Of a stretch of DNA of 32,000 bases, positions 20,310 to 28,212 are shown in pieces. The position numbers and the translations under genes are program-made. The stretch is from Nitrosococcus oceani ATCC 19707 (GTDB lineage: Bacteria > Pseudomonadota > Gammaproteobacteria > Nitrosococcales > Nitrosococcaceae): the NCBI RefSeq assembly GCF_000012805.1, contig NC_007484.1:1530001-1562000 (forward strand), given 5' to 3'. The notes below the pieces were generated by a model, which saw only the letters and a list, made by a program, of their open reading frames with translations, was not told the origin of the DNA and did no database searches. How positions within the stretch are numbered: the first letter of the stretch is position 1; each line of letters opens with the position of its first letter.

Positions 20310-23126
20310 TTGTTGCAGAAGCCTTTAAAATTGCGGGATTCTGAAGACTATCCATTTTCTGAGGCAGATATTCTTGAGAATATATCAGAAGCAATCATTA
20401 TTCTGGATGCTGATTGGGCTATTACCTATATGAATAGCCATGCCGAAAAAATATCTCGTAAGAAGCGTCAAAAAACCATAGGTAAAAATTTCTTTCATAT
20501 CTTTCCTGAAATTAAAGATCCTACATATAAAAAATTTTTTCGAAAGGTGTTAAAAACGAGGCAAACCGACACTATCGAAGGGTTTTATGAGCCTCAGGAT
20601 ATGTGGCTGACTATAAAGATTTTCCCTGTACAATCTGGCGGGGTAGGCGTGGCGTTTCAGGAAAATACCTTGCGCAAAAGAATTGAGGTTATCGCAGCCA
20701 GCCAAAGCGAGGCATTGAGTTTAGCCCTAAAGGGAGCGTCTTTAGAAGAAGTTTTGAATGTGTTAGTCCTCGCAGTTGAAAAACAGACGGGACACAAGGC
20801 AACAGCCTCGATTTTGCTTTTAAGCGATGATGGCAAGCATCTCCTCCATGGGGCAGCGCCGAATTTATCCAATTCTTATTGTGAAGCCATTGATGGAATG
20901 GAAATAGGCGAAAATATTGGTTCTTGCGGTACGGCCGTTCATCGAGGTGAATTTGTCATCGCAGAAGATATTTCTATTGATATAAAATGGAACAATTTCC
21001 GCGAGTTGGCATTAAAAAACAATTTAGCATCTTGCTGGTCGATGCCTATTTTTTCAACGCAAAATAAATCGGTTTTGGGTACTTTTGCTGTTTATTATCC
21101 AGAAGTGCGTAGCCCCGCAGAAACGGACAAGCATATTGTAGAAGTGCTCTCCCAAACTGCTGCCATTCTTATAGAAAGAGAGAAGGAAAATAAGGCACGA
21201 ATGTTGGCAGAAGAAGCCGTTAATTTAAGTACAAAAAAATTTAGCAAACAGCGCCGTCTATATGAAACGGTGTTATCTAACACGCCGGATCTAGTTTATA
21301 TTTTTGATCTTGAAGGGCGCTTCACCTATGTAAACAAAGCCTTATTGAAAATGTGGGGGCGTACATGGGAGGAGTCTGTTGGAAAAACCTGTTTTGAACT
21401 TGGGTATGAGCCGTGGCATGCAGAAATGCATATGCGTGAAATCGAGCAAGTTATTAAAACTAAAAAACCTATACGCGGAGATGTACCTTTTACAGGCATG
21501 CATGGAAGACGTATTTATGATTATATTTTTATGCCTGTCTTGGGTGAAGATGGAGAGGTAGAGGCGATTGCCGGGACCACCCGCGATGTGACCGAGCGTC
21601 GGAAAGCTGAAGAGGCCGCCCAAAAATCAGAAGAACGACAGCGCCTTGCTTTGGAAGCATCCCATAGCTTTGGTATATGGGATTGGGACATAAAAAATGA
21701 CGTTTTCACCGCTGACGAACGCTTCGGAGCTTTGTTCAATCTTAGCCCGGAAGAAGCAAAAGAGGGCGTGAAACTGGAACAAGTTGCTCAATATATCCAT
21801 GAAAATGACTTTAAAAGAGTTCTAGATGTCATTAAAGAAAAATTACAAACCGGAGGACATTACAAAGAGGAATACCGTGTAAGGCAAAAGGACGGGACTA
21901 TTAAATGGGTTTCTGTACGTGGGAATATTCAACTGGACGAGAATGGTGAAGCTGTTCGTTTTCCCGGTGTTGGTGTTGATATTACGCTTGAGCGTAATGC
22001 TATTGAAGCTTTGCGTGAAGCGGATCAGAAAAAAGATGAATTTCTGGCAACACTTACACACGAATTACGCAACCCCTTGGCGCCTATGCGTAATGCCCTT
22101 TACGTTATTAAATCAAATAGTGCAAACGCTGAAGCTCAAACTCATGCGCATGAGTTAATTGAAAGACAAATCAGCCAAATAGTCCGATTGATTGATGACC
22201 TGATGGACGTTTCACGCATAACAAGGGGGAAAATACGAATATCCAAAGATATAGTTGATATACAAAAAGCAATTACAGACGCGGTGGAAACGGTGCAACT
22301 TCTTATAGAAGAGCGGAATCACGAGTTGATACTGAATTTTCCAGATAACCCTGTTTTCGTAGAAGGCGATTTAGTAAGGCTGGCGCAAATATTCTCTAAT
22401 CTCATCAATAATGCGGCTAAATATACTGAACAAAAAGGTGAAATTGAGGTTAATATAAGGCAATTTGGTAGAGTGGTAGAAATAGAGATAATTGATAACG
22501 GCATCGGTATAGCAAAAGAAAAACTGCCATTTATATTTGATATGTTTTCACAGTTTGAAGACCCATTAAATCGTTCTCAAGGTGTCCTTGGAATAGGCTT
22601 AACACTTGTAGAAAAGCTTGTTGAGCTACATGGCGGCTCTGTGGATGTTGAAAGTAAAGGCATCAATGAAGGAACAAAGTTTACTGTTTCATTACCCGTG
22701 AGCGTAGCACAAAATGCAGACACGCCAGATAGTCTATGTAAAGTACCAAACTTCACCCAGCAAAAAATTAAAGTTCTGGTTGTTGATGATAATAAGGATG
22801 CCGCTCAAACCATGGGTTGGCTTATGGAGGCGTTGGGATGTGAAGCCCAAACGGCTTTTGATGGTAAGAGCGCTATTAAATTAGCCCTTTCTTACCTCCC
22901 TGATCTTGTATTGCTAGATATCGGATTGCCTGAAATGAATGGCTATGAAGTCTGCGAAACTATGAAGAAAATACCGGAGCTTAAAAATACTGTATTTGCC
23001 GCTCAAACCGGGTGGGGGCAGCCAGAGCACAAAAAACGCTCAAAAGAGGCCGGGTTCGATCACCACCTGGTTAAACCAGTGGAAATGGCTGCGTTAGAGG
23101 CTATTTTAAATAAAATAAACCTATAA
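20310..23126 (+). CDS. Cytoplasmic hybrid sensor histidine kinase/response regulator (PAS-GAF-PAS-PAS-HisKA-HATPase-REC)
   Basis: H-box LTHELRNPL, N box NLINNAAKYT, G boxes IDNGIGI and GIGLTLV, and a receiver domain with VLVVDDNKD, LVLLDIGLPEMNG and HHLVKP. There are no TM segments. The TTG start is uncertain. The gene is markedly AT-rich compared with its flanks. Confidence 0.9.
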   Translation: MLQKPLKLRDSEDYPFSEADILENISEAIIILDADWAITYMNSHAEKISRKKRQKTIGKNFFHIFPEIKDPTYKKFFRKVLKTRQTDTIEGFYEPQDMWLTIKIFPVQSGGVGVAFQENTLRKRIEVIAASQSEALSLALKGASLEEVLNVLVLAVEKQTGHKATASILLLSDDGKHLLHGAAPNLSNSYCEAIDGMEIGENIGSCGTAVHRGEFVIAEDISIDIKWNNFRELALKNNLASCWSMPIFSTQNKSVLGTFAVYYPEVRSPAETDKHIVEVLSQTAAILIEREKENKARMLAEEAVNLSTKKFSKQRRLYETVLSNTPDLVYIFDLEGRFTYVNKALLKMWGRTWEESVGKTCFELGYEPWHAEMHMREIEQVIKTKKPIRGDVPFTGMHGRRIYDYIFMPVLGEDGEVEAIAGTTRDVTERRKAEEAAQKSEERQRLALEASHSFGIWDWDIKNDVFTADERFGALFNLSPEEAKEGVKLEQVAQYIHENDFKRVLDVIKEKLQTGGHYKEEYRVRQKDGTIKWVSVRGNIQLDENGEAVRFPGVGVDITLERNAIEALREADQKKDEFLATLTHELRNPLAPMRNALYVIKSNSANAEAQTHAHELIERQISQIVRLIDDLMDVSRITRGKIRISKDIVDIQKAITDAVETVQLLIEERNHELILNFPDNPVFVEGDLVRLAQIFSNLINNAAKYTEQKGEIEVNIRQFGRVVEIEIIDNGIGIAKEKLPFIFDMFSQFEDPLNRSQGVLGIGLTLVEKLVELHGGSVDVESKGINEGTKFTVSLPVSVAQNADTPDSLCKVPNFTQQKIKVLVVDDNKDAAQTMGWLMEALGCEAQTAFDGKSAIKLALSYLPDLVLLDIGLPEMNGYEVCETMKKIPELKNTVFAAQTGWGQPEHKKRSKEAGFDHHLVKPVEMAALEAILNKINL

Positions 23127-23289
23127 TAAACAGCTTTGGAATATCGCATCTGATTTCCTTTTATAAAAGTAGGAAAACACAAAAAAACGATATCATAGAT
23201 GAGTAGATTACAAATCTCATCTGTCTGTATTCCGGCGGCAAATCCTGCCATGGTGATCCCTCTGTACGAAAATGCCATTTTACGCGCCT

Positions 23290-23700
23290 AAAAGTCCTAG
23301 GGGCCTGCTCTGTTGTTCGGTATATTGCCTCAGAGCACCTCCTATGGAGCACCATCAACGCTTCCGGCAAAATAGGAGGGCGACCAAAGGCTGCCTGATT
23401 TGGCCGATTCATGAACCCTGGAAGATGAAAACTTCTGCCTGATTCGTCTGCTAGAAACCCCCTTAAGTGAATTGACCAACTTAGAGAGTTGGACTTTCGG
23501 TGGGTAATTAATCAGCAGATGAACGTGATCCTGCTCCCCATTGAACTCCTTCATATCAACTTCAGACAACGAACAGACATGGCGCTACCTTCCATGTAGG
23601 TGAGCATTGCGGCGTCTAGTACGCTTACCCGGTACTTGATGATGAAGACCAAGTGGCAATGAAGCATGAAAACGCAGTGGCGTCCAGACCTAAGCTCTTT
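23290..23700 (-). pseudogene. IS200/IS605-family Y1 transposase (TnpA), frameshifted and lacking a start
   Basis: Three frames give ELRSGRHCVFMLHCHLVFIIKYR..., then EFNGEQDHVHLLINYPPKVQLSKLVNSLKGVSSRRIRQKF...LWSPSYFAGSVDGAP, then a shifted tail. These are the HUH and Y1 motif blocks of TnpA. Confidence 0.75.
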
Positions 23701-23736
23701 TATAGACCAATTTTTTATTTCTCCGTGATAGGTATC

Positions 23737-24914
23737 TGATGTGGCAAGGGTTTTCCGGACCCATGATTAGGCCGCTTTTCGGTTACTTTTCTCATAGCCT
23801 AATGGGGTTTGATAACCGAGAGTTGAGTGGCGCCTCTGGCGGTTTGAGCTTTTTCGCGTGTCTGATAGCGTCGGTGATGGGCTAACTCGGTTTTCAAGGT
23901 ATGAAAGAAACTTTCTGACGGGGCGTTATCCCAGCAACAGCCCTGACGGCCCATACTACACATGAAGCCATGGTTCTTGAGGGTTTTCTGGTAGCGATCG
24001 GAGGCGTATTGACTGCCTTGGTCGCTATGGGCCAGCAGCCCTTGAGGGGGCTGACGCTTCCAGATGGCCATTAGCAAAGCGTCATTGACCAGCTGGGTGG
24101 TCATGCGCTTGGACATCGCCCCGCCCACCACCGCTCTAGAGTAGAGATCAATGAAAACTGCGAGGTAGAGCCAGCTCTCCTCTGTGGGGATATAGATGAT
24201 GTCACCGACATACACAGTATCGGGATGATCCACCCGAAATTCCTGTCCCAACCGATTCGGGGTAGCAGGGCGGCCATGGTAGGCGTTCGTGGTGGCTTTG
24301 AAGGGGCATTGGCTCTTGCTCTTGAGCCCCCGCTGCTTCCTCAGGCGAGCCACGCGCGTCCGGCTGATGGGTTCGCCCTTTTCCACTAACCCCTGGCGGA
24401 TATGCCGGGCGCCCTAGGTCTTACGGCTGTTCTCGTGAATCGTCTCACTTTTTCGCCTAACCGCCTGTCTTCGAGGCTGTGGGCGCTCTCAGGCCGTTTT
24501 AACCCGTCATAGTAGGCACGGGGGAAAATCTCCATCACTTTGCACATGCGAGTGACCGTCAATGTTCCTTGGTGGCGCTGGATAAAGGCGTACTTCCTTT
24601 GCTTTCCTTGGCAAAGTAGGCGGCGGCCACCTTTAGAATATTCCGCTCCTCCTTCAAGCGGGCATTCTCTTTTCTCAGGCGCTTGAGCACGATGATGCTT
24701 GCCTATCCAGGTAGGCAAGGTGTGCTTGTTCACCCCTCACCCTTCGGCGCTTTTGCTAAACGACTGCTCACGCTCTACTGCCAGCTTCACCGCGCGTGCT
24801 TTAAATTCCAGAGTATACCGATGCTTTCTTCTCGGTATTCATCACAACACACTTTCCTCATTTTGTCTTTAAGATGGCTTGAGTTCGTGTGTCCGCAATC
24901 GTCTAGCCACTTCA
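23737..24914 (-). mobile_element. IS3-family insertion sequence with recognisable ends but an inactivated orfA/orfB
   Basis: Imperfect terminal IRs: tgatgtggcaagggttttccggaccca (23737-23763) matches the reverse complement of 24888-24914 (tgaagtggctagacgattgcggacaca) at 19/27, with TG..CA ends. orfB has the DDE core (ORF 23799..24386). orfA HTH and leucine-zipper pieces lie in 24386..24842 with stops and frameshifts. Confidence 0.85.
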
Positions 24915-24917
24915 GTT

Positions 24918-25060
24918 TCTCTAAAAAGCCTAAGGTGACAACTGGAGATTCTTTCTGGAAAGTTTGTAAGTGAATGATTATTAAATATGTTTTTCAGCAG
25001 AGAGATTATTAGAGGATAAATAAACAGGCAAAAGTATCAAGCTTATTACAATTTGGTTTA
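24918..25060 (+). repeat. Direct repeat copy B (about 143 bp), right boundary of the IS-rich insertion
   Basis: See copy A (17943-18085). It starts 4 nt after the IS3 terminus at 24914. Confidence 0.8.
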
Positions 25061-25144
25061 GCTTGGCGGTGGAGTATATCAGTTAACTATTTGTTTTATA
25101 TATTAGGAATATAAATTGGTAAGAGATTTGCTAAGTAATGGTTA

Positions 25145-25825
25145 ATGCAATGTTTTATAAAATTTATGGCAGATCTCATGGAAAAATTATCAAGAATATT
25201 CTTATTATTACTGGGCAGCATGGGCAATGTCCAGGCATTAATTATTGATACCGGCGGAGATGCCGTATTGGGCATCCAGCCTGCTGATTTACGGAATCAT
25301 CACTATGAAAGCAATGTGAACGTATTTGCCTTTAACGAGCAAGAATTCGTATTGACTGAGGATCTCTCTGTCAATAGAGAGTTTGAATTTGATGGTGACT
25401 TGAACAATGCAATTGCTGCTGGCACACCTATCAAGAGCCATTTGTTACACTTTGATCCTGTTGGTAAAAACAAGAGAGGCAAGTGGTCCAAAGCGAAGGG
25501 ATGGATTACCTTTGATACCGATATTATCGGTTTGATCTATTCTAACCGTTTTTTAAGATGGAGTGATTTTCTTAGCCAGCCGGGCACCCTCTTCTCTAAA
25601 AGTAGAAGAAAATTGGATAAACACGAGCTTATTAATCTCGGGGGCTGGGATATTAGCGCCGATTATCGAACCTTGTGGTTTGACTGGAGAGCCAAACCCG
25701 CAGTAGATCAGCTGCGAATAATTACCGATCCGCCCGTCGACGTACCAGCGCCTTCTTCTCTGGCTTTGCTGCTTCTAGGGGGAGGAATATTTGTGGTAGG
25801 CCGCGGAAGAAAGCTATTTGCCTGA
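25145..25825 (+). CDS. PEP-CTERM sorting-domain protein (VPAP variant), exosortase-dependent secreted protein
   Basis: The C-terminus VDVPAPSSLALLLLGGGIFVVGRGRKLFA has a PEP-like motif, a TM helix and a basic cluster. The N-terminal signal peptide is best if translation starts at the ATG at 25178 (MEKLSRIFLLLLGSMGNVQA). Confidence 0.7.
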   Translation: MQCFIKFMADLMEKLSRIFLLLLGSMGNVQALIIDTGGDAVLGIQPADLRNHHYESNVNVFAFNEQEFVLTEDLSVNREFEFDGDLNNAIAAGTPIKSHLLHFDPVGKNKRGKWSKAKGWITFDTDIIGLIYSNRFLRWSDFLSQPGTLFSKSRRKLDKHELINLGGWDISADYRTLWFDWRAKPAVDQLRIITDPPVDVPAPSSLALLLLGGGIFVVGRGRKLFA

Positions 25826-25846
25826 TTGCTTTGAGGTCTTTGGAAA

Positions 25847-25871
25847 GAGGGGGCAGATTTCAGGCCCCCTC
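25847..25871 (+). terminator. GC-rich hairpin downstream of the PEP-CTERM gene (possible terminator)
   Basis: gagggggc-agatttcag-gccccctc forms an 8-bp perfect stem 22 nt after the stop. There is no immediate U-run (the T-run comes about 15 nt later). Confidence 0.4.
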
Positions 25872-26040
25872 GGCTTGAAGTTGTTTTAGAAATAGAGGGG
25901 CGCAGAATTTTTAATGTTCTTTCTTTGGCAGCTGAAGTCGATATTCGTTGAAGAAGCTTGGAGAAGCGGGTGGACGCCTTAGTTGTAGAGAGCGGGGTGC
26001 GCTATCGCTTTCCCACTCTACGTAGGTTATATATTATATA

Positions 26041-26613
26041 TTAAAGGAGGCAATTTGTAGGTTCAATCTTCATCCCCGCAATACCCGCTTGTCCTGCTAA
26101 TCCAGTTTTCTCCAGCTTTACTACCACATAGTAGGCATGGTTACTAAAATCAAAGGAGTAACTAGAAAAACAACCTAGCTCAAAATCTTTATTTTGGGTT
26201 TGGTATAGCTCGTCCGCTGCGTAGTCATCACTATCTATTTTGAAAATGTTTGTAAACTCGCCAGTATCGAGATCCATCTCTCGAAGACGAATCGTTATCC
26301 TCGCGTCTGGTCCATTATCAAGATAACGGGCGGTCATTTTCCAACCATCAAGGGCTAATATGCTAACAAGGCTATCAGCGTCATGGACTTGATAAAAAAG
26401 CCTTACCTGTCCTGTTGCATCGTCGGCCATTTCCACCTCTGGACCGGCATAGTTATATTTTACCATTGTGGGTTTATCGGGTGTTCCAACAGCGCCAGAG
26501 GTAGTCCAAGGAATAATAACATCTATTGCTAAAGCGCTGGATACGTTTGTTAATAGAAAGGCTGACGTTAAGAAGCTGTACTTGAGGGCTTTAAAGATAG
26601 ATGGTTTTTTCAT
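26041..26613 (-). CDS. Secreted hypothetical protein (190 aa, no family recognised)
   Basis: AGGA upstream of the ATG and a clear signal peptide, MKKPSIFKALKYSFLTSAFLLTNVSSALA. It lies in an AT-rich region with no overlapping stronger ORF. Confidence 0.6.
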   Translation of the reverse strand: MKKPSIFKALKYSFLTSAFLLTNVSSALAIDVIIPWTTSGAVGTPDKPTMVKYNYAGPEVEMADDATGQVRLFYQVHDADSLVSILALDGWKMTARYLDNGPDARITIRLREMDLDTGEFTNIFKIDSDDYAADELYQTQNKDFELGCFSSYSFDFSNHAYYVVVKLEKTGLAGQAGIAGMKIEPTNCLL

Positions 26614-26754
26614 GATATTTTTCCTGTTTGAGTAATACCGCGCACAGGAAGTCTATCGGATCATTTTTTATAAGCTTGATGTGATAGGGGTCACAAAACG
26701 ATAGATATATAATGATAAGTGTTTCTAGAAAATTTGCTTTAATTCGGCTGTAAA

Positions 26755-28047
26755 TCAGTCAACGTCGTGGTTTCTTGATACCATACGCCGGATTTTCCGT
26801 ACACTCAGGGCTACCGATAACGCGACGACTGGGATTGATATGCCGATGGTTAAATCTGGATTGATGGGTAAGCCTGCTGCTTCTGCCGCCCTGGCGAGAT
26901 AACCGACCAGGCCAACCACGTAATAGGTGATGGCGGCGACGGAGAGCCCTTCCACTGTTTCCTGCAAGTGGAGCTGAAGCTTGGCCCGTTCTGCCATGGA
27001 AGAGAGCACTTGTTGATTTTGGTGCTCAAGGGAAATATTTACCCTGGTGCGTAGTAATTCGCTTGCACGGCCAATGCGTCGGGACAGATTTTCCTGTAGC
27101 CGGAGTACAGTCTCGCAAGTATGCATGGCTGGTCCCATGCGCCGTTCACAAAACTCGCGAAAGGTTTGCATGCCTTCAACCCGCAGCTCACGCAGTTCGT
27201 TAATGCGCCGCTGCACCAATTCGTAGTAAGCCTGGGCTGCGGTGATTCGATATTGGATCGAAGAAGCCAGGCTTTCGGTAGAGGCCGCTAATTTGGTGAG
27301 CTGATCGAGCAGCTCCGATTCCTCTTCGGTGGTAGCCGAGGCGATGGCCTCGGTAATTTGGGCTAATTCCTGCTCGGCGTGTCCTAGCATGGGCATGGTT
27401 CTGCGCGCCAGTGGGTAGGTCCGCAATGCCTGTATGAGATAGGACTCGATCTCCAGGAGGCGCTGTACCGCCCGCCCGGCCTGGCGTGGGGTGAGACTGA
27501 TATCCTTAATGATAAAGCGGCTAAATCCGTCTTTATGGAGGCGAAAATCGGCGTAAGCGATTCCTGCCCCTTCGCCAATACGGGCGCCTGTAACGGCATT
27601 GCCTTCAAACAGGGCGGCAGCAAGCTCATCCGGGTTGCGCGGTTTTTCCGGTAGAGGGTAGATGGCCAAATGAGCAGCAACGAGCACCTGGCCAGGTAGT
27701 TCCGCGAGCCAGTCCTGGGGGATGCTTTCTATGACGGTGTTGGCGAATGGTTCCTGGAATGGGCCGCGCCGAAAAAAAGTATAGCTAGTGAATTCAGTAT
27801 GTTTTTCCCATTGGAGGCGGAATGGACCCAGATCAATGCGAAGATGATTATCTTTTGAGGTCGGAATAGGATGGCCAAACCGGATGCAAATTTCCGTTAA
27901 CTTCTCCCGCTCTTGCTGAACCATTTCCGCATCGGAGGAAAGCACAAGATGAGATATCTGCTCTGGGGGTGCTAGCGATTCTGGCAGCCGGGCGTGTAAT
28001 TCATGGTTCAGCAGTAGGCGCTGCGGATGATCGACGGGTATCGTCAT
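26755..28047 (-). CDS. DUF3422-like membrane-anchored protein (large soluble N-domain, coiled coil, C-terminal TM hairpin)
   Basis: 430 aa. The N-terminus HPQRLLLNHELHARLPE resembles the conserved DUF3422 start as I recall it. Two C-terminal TM helices (VAAITYYVVGLVGYLA and IGISIPVVALSVALSV) are arranged like CorA. Confidence 0.65.
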   Translation of the reverse strand: MTIPVDHPQRLLLNHELHARLPESLAPPEQISHLVLSSDAEMVQQEREKLTEICIRFGHPIPTSKDNHLRIDLGPFRLQWEKHTEFTSYTFFRRGPFQEPFANTVIESIPQDWLAELPGQVLVAAHLAIYPLPEKPRNPDELAAALFEGNAVTGARIGEGAGIAYADFRLHKDGFSRFIIKDISLTPRQAGRAVQRLLEIESYLIQALRTYPLARRTMPMLGHAEQELAQITEAIASATTEEESELLDQLTKLAASTESLASSIQYRITAAQAYYELVQRRINELRELRVEGMQTFREFCERRMGPAMHTCETVLRLQENLSRRIGRASELLRTRVNISLEHQNQQVLSSMAERAKLQLHLQETVEGLSVAAITYYVVGLVGYLARAAEAAGLPINPDLTIGISIPVVALSVALSVRKIRRMVSRNHDVD

Positions 28048-28116
28048 AAGTTTAATATCTGGGCTGACCTTGAAAAGGTTATTTTGAGCTCTTCATTCTA
28101 CCAATTAATGATCAGA

Positions 28117-28144
28117 CCAAGAGCTTCTCAATCAAAGCTCTTGG
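28117..28144. promoter_or_regulatory. Perfect 10-bp inverted repeat (candidate operator) in the DUF3422/ATPase divergent promoter region
   Basis: ccaagagctt (28117-28126), spacer ctcaatca, then aagctcttgg (28135-28144). A third half-site, agctctt, lies at 28087-28093. Confidence 0.4.
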
Positions 28145-28212
28145 ATAAGGGCGGCATTATAGATCTTGGTATCGTATCATTATTGATAGAACAGTAGAGA
28201 TATGAGGTCGAC

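Noticed and set aside
23045-23065. ggttcgatc string resembling a tRNA T-arm
   Set aside because: It lies inside the histidine-kinase receiver-domain coding sequence with no surrounding cloverleaf. No tRNA genes were found in the window.
24683-24973. 96-aa + strand ORF across the IS3 left end and repeat B
   Set aside because: It is antisense to IS3 orfA and runs across the IS terminus into unrelated DNA, so it is not a plausible gene.
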